Shown piece by piece: positions 9,771 through 19,278 of a DNA stretch of 64,000 nt. Every line of letters begins with the position of its first letter. Position 1 is the first letter of the stretch. The position numbers were made by a program, and so were the translations under genes. The DNA is from an uncultured Syntrophaceae bacterium (GTDB lineage Bacteria; Desulfobacterota; Syntrophia; Syntrophales; PHBD01), in contig CAZLFA010000001.1 of the NCBI GenBank assembly GCA_964558665.1, forward strand, positions 52,562-116,561, written 5' to 3'. Under the pieces are notes generated by a model that searched no databases, had not been told where the DNA came from, and worked only from the letters and a program-made list of their open reading frames with translations.

Positions 9771-11614
9771 CAAGGAGAGTTGCCATTAACTCAGAAAACC
9801 AGGCCGAGCAGGAATCATTCTGGGGCGGTGTCATAAAATCCATGGGGCTGGTCTTCGGCGATATCGGTACCAGTCCCATTTATACACTTACCGTTGTCTT
9901 CACGCTGACCAGGCCGACTTACGACAATGTGATGGGGATCCTGTCTCTGGTTGTCTGGACGCTGACGCTCCTTGTTACAGTCGAGTATGCATGGCTTGCC
10001 ATGAGCCTGGACAGGGAAGGTCAGGGCGGCGAGATCATGCTCCGGGAGATCCTTATCAGGCTGCTCAAGTCAGGTAAAGTGATGACTTTTGCCGGTCTGC
10101 TCACCTTTATCGGTGTTTCCCTGCTGCTGGGAGACGGTGTTATCACCCCCGCCATAAGTATCATGTCGGCAGTGGAAGGTCTGCTGCTCATTCCCGGGAT
10201 GGAGGGCCTTCGTCATGAATTTCTTATCGGTGGTGCATCGGTAATTGCGCTTCTTCTTTTCTTTTTCCAGCACAAGGGAACAGATAAGGTGGCCGTAACC
10301 TTCGGTCCTATAATGATGATGTGGTTTCTGGTGCTTGCCGCAGCCGGTATGATTTCCCTTATCGGCATGCCGGAAGTGGTGAAGGCGGTAAACCCTTACT
10401 ATGCCGTCAATTTTCTTTCCAATAACGGTGTGGCCGGATTTCTGGTTCTGTCGGATGTCGTCCTCTGTGCGACAGGCGGTGAGGCCCTTTACGCCGACAT
10501 GGGGCATCTCGGCAAAAAACCCATTATCAGGGCATGGGGTTTTGTGTTCGTCGCCCTTGTCATAAACTATCTGGGGCAAGGTGTTTTCGCCATACAAAAT
10601 CCGGAGGCCAAATTTCTTCTTTTCGGCATGGTGCAGAAACAGGCCCCGTTTCTCTATATACCGTTTCTCATCTTGACCATCACTGCCACGGTGATAGCCT
10701 CGCAGGCTATTATCAGCGGCGTGTTTTCCATCGTGTACCAGGGAATAACAACCAGGCTGATGCCGCTCATGAAGGTTGATTATACATCGAGCAAGATTAA
10801 ATCCCAGATATACATCGGCGCGGTGAACTGGTTTTTGATGATGGCAGTTATTTTAATGATTCTTATTTTCAAGAAATCGGAAAACCTGGCGGCCGCATAC
10901 GGAATGGCGGTTACTGGTTCCATGAGTATTACAGCAATAATGATGCTCATGGTGTTTATCATGACGAAGAACAAATGGAAAATCCCCATAGTTGTAATTG
11001 TCATCCTGATCGACCTTCTCTATCTTTTTTCTACGTTCACTAAAATTCCCCACGGCGCCTACTGGTCGCTTATTCTGGCTTCGATCCCCTTTATCACCAT
11101 CGTGATCTGGACGAACGGCCAGAAGTATCTTTTTCGTTCCCTGCGTCCCCTCGATCTGCAGACATTCCTTGTGGGTTACGAGCAGGTGTACGGCAAGGGG
11201 AAAAATATCAGCGGCACGGCGCTCTTTTTTGCTCGATCATGGCAGATAATTCCTCCCTATATCATTCACTGCATGTTCAGAAGCACGATTATTTACGAGA
11301 AAAATGTATTCATCTGTATCAACAGGACGGAGAAGCCCTTCGGAATGGACACAAGATATGTAAGCGATATCGGCACCGGTTTGGATGCGCTGGAAATAAA
11401 TGCCGGATACAGAGATATGGTGGACCTGGGGGAGATATTGAAGAAACACGGCATTAAAGAGAAGATAATATTCTACGGCGTGGAGGAAATATCAACCAAT
11501 AACCCCGCGTGGCGCATCTTCAGTTTTATTAAAAAGGTTACCCCCAACTTTGTGCAGTTCAATAAAATACCCGCCGCGAAACTGCATGGTGTTGTAACAC
11601 GTGTGGAGATGTAA
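9767..11614 (+). CDS. kup: KUP/HAK/KT potassium transporter
   Basis: GLVFGDIGTSPIY, GDGVITPAIS, TGGEALYADMGH, SQAIISG motifs. Confidence 0.95.
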   Translation: MTRRVAINSENQAEQESFWGGVIKSMGLVFGDIGTSPIYTLTVVFTLTRPTYDNVMGILSLVVWTLTLLVTVEYAWLAMSLDREGQGGEIMLREILIRLLKSGKVMTFAGLLTFIGVSLLLGDGVITPAISIMSAVEGLLLIPGMEGLRHEFLIGGASVIALLLFFFQHKGTDKVAVTFGPIMMMWFLVLAAAGMISLIGMPEVVKAVNPYYAVNFLSNNGVAGFLVLSDVVLCATGGEALYADMGHLGKKPIIRAWGFVFVALVINYLGQGVFAIQNPEAKFLLFGMVQKQAPFLYIPFLILTITATVIASQAIISGVFSIVYQGITTRLMPLMKVDYTSSKIKSQIYIGAVNWFLMMAVILMILIFKKSENLAAAYGMAVTGSMSITAIMMLMVFIMTKNKWKIPIVVIVILIDLLYLFSTFTKIPHGAYWSLILASIPFITIVIWTNGQKYLFRSLRPLDLQTFLVGYEQVYGKGKNISGTALFFARSWQIIPPYIIHCMFRSTIIYEKNVFICINRTEKPFGMDTRYVSDIGTGLDALEINAGYRDMVDLGEILKKHGIKEKIIFYGVEEISTNNPAWRIFSFIKKVTPNFVQFNKIPAAKLHGVVTRVEM

Positions 11615-11722
11615 TCCGCATACTTCCAAAATCGGATACTAATTACACCGGATTACAATCTGTAAGACACCAGCCTTAAAATACCCATCACTTTTAACAT
11701 CCTGAAACCGAATCTTTTTTTA

Positions 11723-11952
11723 CAACCCTTATTTTTTTAGAGTGTTTTTCAGCGGGTTTTCAAGGGTTGTTACAGAGATGACACAATATGCATCCCCGGA
11801 TAAATGATAACGTTTATCCGGCATGGCGCTGCATTCAACGTTCGGAAAAAATACTGCTCGTGAAACCAAGCGGCCGGTGCCGCCTTTGATGTATCATCCG
11901 TTTTTCAACCCTTAAAATATTCAGGTAGAAATTCAGGGTTTTTACAGGGTTG
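11723..11952. repeat. Two 47-bp elements with inverted ends (CAACCCTTA...AGGGTTG) upstream of gspG
   Basis: Copy 1 is 11723-11769 and copy 2 is 11906-11952. They have the same length, an identical first 9 nt and identical last 7 nt. Confidence 0.6.
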
Positions 11953-12006
11953 TCGTAATCTTGCTGCTGATCTATTCAGTTCAACAAATATTATCGAGGT
12001 TTCTAC

Positions 12007-12435
12007 ATGAAAATCAAGTTGATTGTGAAGAAAAACAGTCGCGGTTTTACGCTGATTGAAATGATTGTGGTCATGGTCATGATCGCCCTGCTGGCATCGC
12101 TTGTGGCGCCGAAGCTTTTCCCTAAACTGGGCAAAGGTAAGCAGTCTGCCGCTAAAACGCAGATCTAACTGCTAGGCCAGGCACTGGATCATTTTCGCCT
12201 CGATACGGCAAGATACCCGACTACGCAGGAAGGTCTGAATTCCCTGGTGAACAATCCGGGAATCGAAGAGTGGGATGGACCTTATCTCAAGAAGGGGTTG
12301 CCTAACGATCCATGGGGAAGAGCTTATATATATCAATCGCCGGGGACTCATGCGGAATATGATTTGAGTTCATTCGGAAGAGACGGGAACCCGGGCGGCG
12401 AAGGCGAAGACAGGGATGTGGTCAGTTGGGAGTAA
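12007..12435 (+). pseudogene. gspG: Type II secretion major pseudopilin GspG with in-frame TAA at codon 54
   Basis: MKIKLIVKKNSRGFTLIEMIVV... carries the prepilin G/FTLIE site, then KTQI*LLGQALDHFRLD..YP.T.EGL..L...DPWG..Y.Y. TAA at 12166-12168 sits where GAA (Glu) fits the family pattern. Confidence 0.85.
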
Positions 12436-12479
12436 AGGCGGTTTCAGGCATGAGTGGTCTCCCGGCAATAATAATCGAA

Positions 12480-14885
12480 ATGATAATAACTTTTAAAAAA
12501 GGTGTTGTCTTGCACAGCAGGTACGGATATGCGGCATTAGTTGCTCTTCTTGTCGTCATTACCGTCCTTGATCCGGTCAAAATATTTGCAGACCAAAAGA
12601 AGCAGACTTTGGATGGTAAAGAGATTTCTTTGAGTGTTGGCGTTAATCTGGCGCAAAGTAATGATATCCGGGGTGTATCCGTCCCCGGAACTCCCGGGAA
12701 AAATGATCCTGCCATCGGCGTCAAACCGGATGTCGTTCCTCCTTCAAAAAACGTACAGGTACAGTCCTCCTCTGCTCCCCCGCCGCAGAACAGCTTGAGC
12801 CCGTCCCAAAAACCTGCCGCCGCTGCACAAGTCTATTCAAATAAGCAGGCGGCTCAGGGGCAAGGTACGAAGAAAATAGTATATGGCACACGGCAAGAGA
12901 AAACACTGGAACAGAAATCCGCGGAGCAGCCGCATGCGGTGCAAAAGCATTCTTCTGCTGTGGCTGACCAAAAGTCCGGCGCGGTGTCTGCTAAACCCCA
13001 GGCTCCAGTGCAAAATCATCCAGCCGGCCAGGTTGTTTCCCCATTCCGTGAAAAGAATGATGTTCCAAAAACAGTTCCGCATGCACAGCATGGTTCGCCC
13101 GTTCAAAAGCAGGCTCATGGCCGCGGGCACGTAAGCCTGAATTTTGATGACGCCGATGTCTATGAAGTCGTTCAGACGATTTTCAGCTCAGTTTTAAGAG
13201 TTAACTATATTATAGATCCTCGAGTGAAAGGACGCGTTACATTCAGGTCCGTAACACCCGTTGCACATGAAAAGGTGCTGCCGCTTATGGAAGTTATTCT
13301 AAGGCTGAATGGCGTGGCTGTTGTTGAGGAGAGCGGCCTGTACCGGATTATTCCCATAAGTGAAATTGCCAGGGAGCCGGCAGCAATAGGCATCGGTAGG
13401 GCGGCCGACGCTGTCAGGCTTCAGGGAACAGCTCTGTTGCAGGTCATTCCCATAAGCCATATGATGTCTACGGAAATGGTTCGTCTGCTCACTCCCTTCC
13501 TTTCAACCAACGCCTCCATCATCGATGTGCCCAAAAGCAATCAGATTGTCGTGGTCGATACGGATGCCAACGTGAAACGTATCCTCCAGCTTGTGGCCAT
13601 CTTTGACAATGAGCAGCAGAAACAGAAGGGACCGCAGATTTTTGTCTATCATGTGCAGAACAGTAAGGCCAGGGACATAGTGACAATTCTCAATCAGATA
13701 TTTCTGGGTTCGAAAGCACCTGCAGCTTTGCCTGCACACGCACCGGCGGCAATAAATACGACCACGGGGCAGGCGGTGCCCAATCCTTCAGTGAAGCAGT
13801 TTGCGTCACCTGCAGTGCATTCCGCTTCGCTCCAGCGCATGTCTGCCTCCGGCGCTGACGCCCTCGTATCCGATATCACGAAGATTTTTGCGAACGAGAT
13901 TATCAACGCCGTGATTGTCTTTGGAACTCCCGAGGACTACGAGATTATCAAGGACACAATAAAGAAAATTGATATCGTCCCCAGGCAGGTGATCATAGAG
14001 GGAGTTATTGCGCAGATATCAATGACCGACAGCATGAGCCTGGGGCTGGCCTGGACCATAAATGCCGAAATTGGTGTCACGAGCGGCAAGATCAGCTTCA
14101 ATCCGGCCAATCTGGCGGCGGATAAGCAACCGACGAGCGGATTCTCTTATGTCGGCACAGACACGGCAGGCAGCATCAAGGCGGTGATCTCGGCGCTCGC
14201 ATCGCAATCCAAGGCAAAACTGCTTGCATCGCCGCACATACTGGTCTCCGACAACCGGGAGGCAAGGATACAGGTTGGTCAGTCCGTTCCGATACCGACT
14301 TCCGAGACATACGGAAGCAGCACCATCGCGCCTCAGAGGACAATACAGTACAAGGACATCGGCATCATACTGAAGGTGAAGCCGCAGATCAACGACAGCG
14401 GCCTGGTATCTCTTGATATATCGCAGGAAGTGTCAACATACTCTACGGTGCTGCTGTATGCCGATGAAAAACAGATTGTGCTGGATAAAACGGAGGCAAC
14501 GACAACCCTTACAGTGCAGGACGGGCAGACGATCATCATAGGCGGACTCATAAGGGAGGATAACAGCAAGTCCAGGGTTGGCATTCCATTTCTCAGCAGA
14601 ATACCATTGCTTGGATACCTTTTCGGAAATACGGATGAGGGGGGGAAGAGAAATGAAATCATTATCCTTCTCACGCCGCATGTCATGAAAAACCAGCGTG
14701 ATGCAGTGGATATCACTTCCGGTTTCGTGGATAAATTCATGGAAAAAAACAAGAATGGTCCTGTGAGAAAAGAGGATCTTCTGAAAAAGAAGCAGCAGGA
14801 GATCAAGGAACAGAGCAAAGAAGTGAAAGGGCAAGATTTGAAGAAGAAAAACAGTCCTGTCGGCCATATGAATAATAAGGAGTAG
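12480..14885 (+). CDS. gspD: Type II secretion system secretin GspD
   Basis: N0 domain SLNFDDAD..EV...NYIIDPRVKGRVT, secretin core QVIIEGVIA, DNREARIQVG, GIILKVKPQIN, IIIGGLI, IPLLGYLF. Start uncertain (12426-12480). Confidence 0.9.
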   Translation: MIITFKKGVVLHSRYGYAALVALLVVITVLDPVKIFADQKKQTLDGKEISLSVGVNLAQSNDIRGVSVPGTPGKNDPAIGVKPDVVPPSKNVQVQSSSAPPPQNSLSPSQKPAAAAQVYSNKQAAQGQGTKKIVYGTRQEKTLEQKSAEQPHAVQKHSSAVADQKSGAVSAKPQAPVQNHPAGQVVSPFREKNDVPKTVPHAQHGSPVQKQAHGRGHVSLNFDDADVYEVVQTIFSSVLRVNYIIDPRVKGRVTFRSVTPVAHEKVLPLMEVILRLNGVAVVEESGLYRIIPISEIAREPAAIGIGRAADAVRLQGTALLQVIPISHMMSTEMVRLLTPFLSTNASIIDVPKSNQIVVVDTDANVKRILQLVAIFDNEQQKQKGPQIFVYHVQNSKARDIVTILNQIFLGSKAPAALPAHAPAAINTTTGQAVPNPSVKQFASPAVHSASLQRMSASGADALVSDITKIFANEIINAVIVFGTPEDYEIIKDTIKKIDIVPRQVIIEGVIAQISMTDSMSLGLAWTINAEIGVTSGKISFNPANLAADKQPTSGFSYVGTDTAGSIKAVISALASQSKAKLLASPHILVSDNREARIQVGQSVPIPTSETYGSSTIAPQRTIQYKDIGIILKVKPQINDSGLVSLDISQEVSTYSTVLLYADEKQIVLDKTEATTTLTVQDGQTIIIGGLIREDNSKSRVGIPFLSRIPLLGYLFGNTDEGGKRNEIIILLTPHVMKNQRDAVDITSGFVDKFMEKNKNGPVRKEDLLKKKQQEIKEQSKEVKGQDLKKKNSPVGHMNNKE

Positions 14886-14890
14886 GTATT

Positions 14891-15553
14891 ATGAATTATG
14901 ATACTCAGTTTGCTGACATCCGAATTCACATCATCGGATCGCATCGGATGCAGAATGAATTGATATCCTACTTTCTCGGGAGGATGACAGGTGCAGATTG
15001 CATGGTGATAGATGATCCTGAAAGACATATACAGGACGCCGGCTGTGCCGGTGGAAACAGGCTGCTGGTTTTGTGGGATTATGATGGAGAAGATATATGC
15101 AGTTTGCTGAAAAAAATATGTACCAATGAATCAAATAATGGACCGGCTGCATTTATTGCACTGCTGAATGTAACGACTATGATGGATATTGAGCAGCAGT
15201 GGCTGAAACAGGGGTTGCGCGGAATATTCCATAAAGAGGATTCATTGAGCACGCTGCTTTCGGGTGTCAAGCATATCTGCACCGGCGGTTTGTGGTATTC
15301 AAGGGATTCTATGGCAAGGATGATTCTCAGGAATAATGCTGAAAATGAATATTTGAGCACAACAAGCCTCACCCCCAGGCAGATTGAGATATTAAAGCTG
15401 CTGGCAAACGGGGCATCGAATAAAGATATATCGGATAAACTTTGCATCAGCACCAATACCGTGCGCACTCATCTGTATGGAATATTCCAGATAATCAAGG
15501 TCTCCAGCCGCCATCAGGCGGCAAGATGGGCGATAAAGAACTTTTCTCTATAA
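14891..15553 (+). CDS. LuxR/CsgD-like transcriptional regulator (degenerate receiver plus LuxR HTH)
   Basis: LTPRQIEILKLLANGASNKDISDKLCISTNTVRTHLY HTH and GLRGIF..EDS..L..GV..I..G.LW linker. Confidence 0.85.
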   Translation: MNYDTQFADIRIHIIGSHRMQNELISYFLGRMTGADCMVIDDPERHIQDAGCAGGNRLLVLWDYDGEDICSLLKKICTNESNNGPAAFIALLNVTTMMDIEQQWLKQGLRGIFHKEDSLSTLLSGVKHICTGGLWYSRDSMARMILRNNAENEYLSTTSLTPRQIEILKLLANGASNKDISDKLCISTNTVRTHLYGIFQIIKVSSRHQAARWAIKNFSL

Positions 15554-15646
15554 CGAAAGCGTAATGTTTTTTTCAGGGGCAGGACGGCAGGAGCCGGTCA
15601 CTCATCGGCCCCTGTTGTTTTGCATAGAGAAAGAAATGTCCTAAAC

Positions 15647-16171
15647 TCAGGCGCCGCCGTCCAGCCAGCCGGATTTGTCCCTCTTTCTGTACCAGGCCGC
15701 AGGATCTACAAGGAACTCCTCTGTTTCTTTTAGGGAGCAAAAATGGTCGTTCTCAATCCGTGAAAGAAGTTCGAAAAAGGCCTTTTCTCCGGGATCCTGC
15801 GATTTGGCGCCGAGGGCGGCATAGAAGTCCCTGCCTTTGCGCTCGAAGTCCAGGGCAATGCGAACGGCCTTCAGATCGTTCTCATTGCCGGAAGGCATTT
15901 CCTCCGTTTGTTGCCTTATCTTCTGGATAAGGGCCTTTACCTCTGTTCCCCGGACATCCAGCGGAACGGTTTCCGGCCATTTCTCCTGTTTCTTCCATTT
16001 TTCATTTAACTGCCTGAGCTTTTCGTAATGCTCGCTCTCTTCCGCTGCGATTTTTTCGAATAGCCTCTTGCCGAAGAGATTTTGTGTTTTTGCTGCATGT
16101 TCGAGATAAAAATCGCGCTCTGCCGTTTCATTCTTAAGGGCCACCTCTAGGGCATTGATGCGATTGTCCAT
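15647..16171 (-). CDS. Ferritin-like (rubrerythrin-domain) protein
   Basis: ALKNE..E..FY, EE..H, ALDFE..G..FY, E..H diiron pattern. Confidence 0.85.
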   Translation of the reverse strand: MDNRINALEVALKNETAERDFYLEHAAKTQNLFGKRLFEKIAAEESEHYEKLRQLNEKWKKQEKWPETVPLDVRGTEVKALIQKIRQQTEEMPSGNENDLKAVRIALDFERKGRDFYAALGAKSQDPGEKAFFELLSRIENDHFCSLKETEEFLVDPAAWYRKRDKSGWLDGGA

Positions 16172-16219
16172 ATGAATCTCCATTTCGATATTTTTTCTGT
16201 TAACGATGATGTATCAATT

Positions 16220-16699
16220 CTAAAGCTTTACAGCTTTTTTCAGAGCGAGAAGCTTTTTCCAGTGCGATCTTTCTTCATTGATGATCTGCTGCAGGACCTC
16301 TGCATTCTCTTTTCCAAACCCCTCCTCTTTGATCTCCAGATAAAAAAGAATCGTTTCCTTTTCCAGCATGATCCCCATGTCAAGGGCTGCATTGAAGTCT
16401 GCAGGGTCAAGCTGTGCGTAGGATTTTTCCGCTTTTTCCAGTATGCTTGCCGCATATTCGTTGAGAAACATCCCGTATTCACCCGGATAATCATAGCGCG
16501 GCGTGTAATCGGCTATTTTTCCCAGCATAGTCCTGAAAGTGCCGGCATGTCTTTCCTCTTCGGCTGCGAGAACGGCAAACGCGCCCTTTGCTTCGGGTGA
16601 TTGGAGTGTATCATATAGTCTTTTATACAACTCCAGCCCCTTTCGTTCTATTCTCACCGCCACTTCGAGAACATCTACAAACTCTTTAAAGTGCGACAT
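16220..16699 (-). CDS. Ferritin-like (rubrerythrin-domain) protein
   Basis: AVRIE..G..LY, EEERH, LEKE...FY, EERSH. Confidence 0.85.
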   Translation of the reverse strand: MSHFKEFVDVLEVAVRIERKGLELYKRLYDTLQSPEAKGAFAVLAAEEERHAGTFRTMLGKIADYTPRYDYPGEYGMFLNEYAASILEKAEKSYAQLDPADFNAALDMGIMLEKETILFYLEIKEEGFGKENAEVLQQIINEERSHWKKLLALKKAVKL

Positions 16700-16952
16700 G
16701 ATAAAACCTCCCGATAAATCTGCAAATGAGATGTTTAGGGTTATGCGTTATGCGAACATTTTTGGAAGTATAAATAACTTCTGGAAAGAAATCAGAAAAC
16801 ATTCTATAAACAGACAGCTCTGATGGAGGGGCGAGAAAAACAGGTCTTTCCATTGAGTCAAGTATATTAATTGAACGCTTTGGTGTCAAGCCGTTATCTT
16901 TTTCTCAGCAGATCATGATGAGATTGGTGTGTATAAAGGAGGAAATGCAGCC

Positions 16953-17390
16953 GTGTTGGATAGAATGAAATCAATAATATCAAACAATAATGTGTGTGTG
17001 CTGGCAACCGTTGCCGGAGAAGTTCCGCATTGTTCGCTTATGTCCTATGCGCCCGATGAAGAATGCCGGGAATTGTATATGATGACGAGCAGGGACACGA
17101 AAAAATTCAACAATCTGCAAAAAAACAAGGCAGTAAGTCTGCTTATTGATACACGTACGGATGCAGATGGCGAAGATTTATCTAACGTTCATGCCCTGAC
17201 TGTTGCGGGGACGTTTCAACAAATCATTGATCCTGCCCGGCGCGAACAGGTGATGAAAGAACTGATAAAGATTCATCCCCATCTCAAGGATTTGGCAAAA
17301 CAGCAGGAAACGGAGGTGTTTGCCGTTCGTATCCGTTCTTGCCAACTCCTTCAGGGTGTAGCTGATGCCCACTTTGAAAACATGGAGTAG
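16953..17390 (+). CDS. Pyridoxamine 5'-phosphate oxidase-like flavin-binding protein
   Basis: CVLAT...PHCSLM.Y and T.K..NL..N..VSLLID. AGGAGG RBS precedes GTG 16953. Confidence 0.8.
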   Translation: MLDRMKSIISNNNVCVLATVAGEVPHCSLMSYAPDEECRELYMMTSRDTKKFNNLQKNKAVSLLIDTRTDADGEDLSNVHALTVAGTFQQIIDPARREQVMKELIKIHPHLKDLAKQQETEVFAVRIRSCQLLQGVADAHFENME

Positions 17391-17407
17391 AGAGACAGGT
17401 AATACGA

Positions 17408-18211
17408 TCAAAGTTTGTACGATGTACCCTTGAAAAAAGTGTAACAGAAAGTGCCGTCTTCATCTGTCGCCCTCATAAGATCCGCTATGCCATTGTTCCA
17501 CTTTTCTTCAGTAATCAGATTCAATGATATGGCCTGCTGCTTGACGGCTTCGACCATGGCAATAAAAGTCTTTTTTGAAAACCCATCCACTAGCTCCGGC
17601 CTGCTTGCATCGACGTAAACCATGCGCGGAGATATGGCAATGTTCTTCATGCCGGCTGCCCTCAGAAGAGGATATAGCTGTCGCCCGATGAGCGCGTTTC
17701 CCCCAAGCATTTTCTGGACTCGTATCAGGCATTCAACAGTTTGTAGAGCGTCCCGGCTTTCCGGATGACAGTAAAAAGAGCCGTGATCGCCTTCTATTGC
17801 TGTGAGTGTTCCCCCGGGTTTCAATACATGGATGAGGTTTCTCAAGGCATCAAGTGGTTTCGGCAGGTGCTCCAGAACAAAACATAAAATGATGTGATCA
17901 AAGCTTTCCGCAGCAAACGGCATATTGAAGATATCGGCCTTTTGAAGTGATACATTTGTTAATTGATAATCCTCGACGGCGATTTTCGCTCTGCTTAATG
18001 AATCCTCGGAGATGTCGATTGATACAAATCTTGCTTTTGGGTTCATTTTGGCAAGAATGATAGTTTGAGCTCCGATACCGCACCCTGCCTCCAGTATAGT
18101 ACTTCCCGGCGGGTAACAGGAATCATGATGCAGGAGATCGGCCAGGGTATTTGCCTGATCCGTCAACCGGCATGATTCTTCCTCAGAGTATCCGTGCACA
18201 TACTCTTGCAT
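17408..18211 (-). CDS. Class I SAM-dependent methyltransferase
   Basis: LEAGCGIG, FD.I..CFVLEHL, LKPGG. Confidence 0.85.
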   Translation of the reverse strand: MQEYVHGYSEEESCRLTDQANTLADLLHHDSCYPPGSTILEAGCGIGAQTIILAKMNPKARFVSIDISEDSLSRAKIAVEDYQLTNVSLQKADIFNMPFAAESFDHIILCFVLEHLPKPLDALRNLIHVLKPGGTLTAIEGDHGSFYCHPESRDALQTVECLIRVQKMLGGNALIGRQLYPLLRAAGMKNIAISPRMVYVDASRPELVDGFSKKTFIAMVEAVKQQAISLNLITEEKWNNGIADLMRATDEDGTFCYTFFKGTSYKL

Positions 18212-18274
18212 AAGGTAGTCCCTCCATATTATGTTTTAACGGTCTGCTGGACTGAAGTTATAAATAATGAGAAG

Positions 18275-19123
18275 CTAGGAGTCTTGTACGAAATTGCTGT
18301 ACTGGCCGGGTGTGAATCCCATGGTCCTCTTGAAGTGTCTGGAAAAATGACTCTGGTCTGCAAATCCCGTTTCGTAGGCTGTGTATGCTATCGTGCGTCC
18401 CTGTCTGAGAAGCTGTCTGGCCTTTCTCAGCCGCACCTGGTTGAGATAGGCATGGGGAGACAAGCCGGTCTGCCTTTGGAAAACCCTGATGAAATGAAAA
18501 GGACTCATATTGACAATAGAGGCCAGATATTCCAGGGAGATATTATCGCGGTAGTGCCCTTCCATATATTCCTTTGCCCTCCTGACTGATTCAAGTTCAT
18601 TGCCTGTTTTGTGCCCGACAGGGGGATTGATTGCATGACGGGTAACAAGAGCGGCAAATACCGACAGGAGACGCGATTGATACTCCAGCGCTGGGGCTGA
18701 TCCCTCCTCAAGATCGGCATGAAGCGACTTTATCATGAGCGCAAGCCGATCATCATGAATGACGCCGGTCTTGAAAAAGGGCATATCACCCTGCCTGTCT
18801 GATACCTGATCAGATATATTCTGCATCACATCAGCGCTGAAATAGAACATGCGATAGGTCCAGCCGTCTTCCACGGCGGCATGGCCTGTATGGACTTCGC
18901 CCGGATTCACAAGATTGATCGTGCCCGGCAGGGCCACAACATTTTCTCCCCGGTAGAAAAATTCCAGGGCGCCTTGCTCAATAACACCGACGCCGAATCC
19001 CTCATGCGTATGCCGGGGAAACGACTGGGTGACATAAGTGGCGCGCATCAGATCAATGTTTGCCAGAGCCGGTTGCCGCCACAGTTTGACTTTTTCCCTA
19101 TAAGACGCATTTCTCATGGACAA
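18275..19123 (-). CDS. AraC family transcriptional regulator
   Basis: FPRHTHE cupin, SPFHFIRVF...GLSP..Y....R and GFADQSHF.R.FK...G.TPG.Y. Confidence 0.9.
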   Translation of the reverse strand: MSMRNASYREKVKLWRQPALANIDLMRATYVTQSFPRHTHEGFGVGVIEQGALEFFYRGENVVALPGTINLVNPGEVHTGHAAVEDGWTYRMFYFSADVMQNISDQVSDRQGDMPFFKTGVIHDDRLALMIKSLHADLEEGSAPALEYQSRLLSVFAALVTRHAINPPVGHKTGNELESVRRAKEYMEGHYRDNISLEYLASIVNMSPFHFIRVFQRQTGLSPHAYLNQVRLRKARQLLRQGRTIAYTAYETGFADQSHFSRHFKRTMGFTPGQYSNFVQDS

Positions 19124-19278
19124 AGATTAATATTGTGCAACACTTGTGTCAATCGGTTTCATAAGGAGATTTTAGAAATTTCTTTATGATGAATAAAGCA
19201 TGATTGACATCCGGGACCATACTCTTTATATCTTTAGAATCACAACGCAAATATGATGCGGACAGAAGAGAGCATGAC

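Noticed and set aside
11723-11952. The 47-bp elements as integron attC sites or CRISPR repeats
   Set aside because: Only two copies, no RYYYAAC/GTTRRRY match, poor internal pairing, and no integrase or cas genes.
12166-12168. Recoding (Sec/Pyl readthrough) as an explanation for the gspG stop
   Set aside because: The codon is TAA, not TGA or TAG, and the expected residue is Glu.
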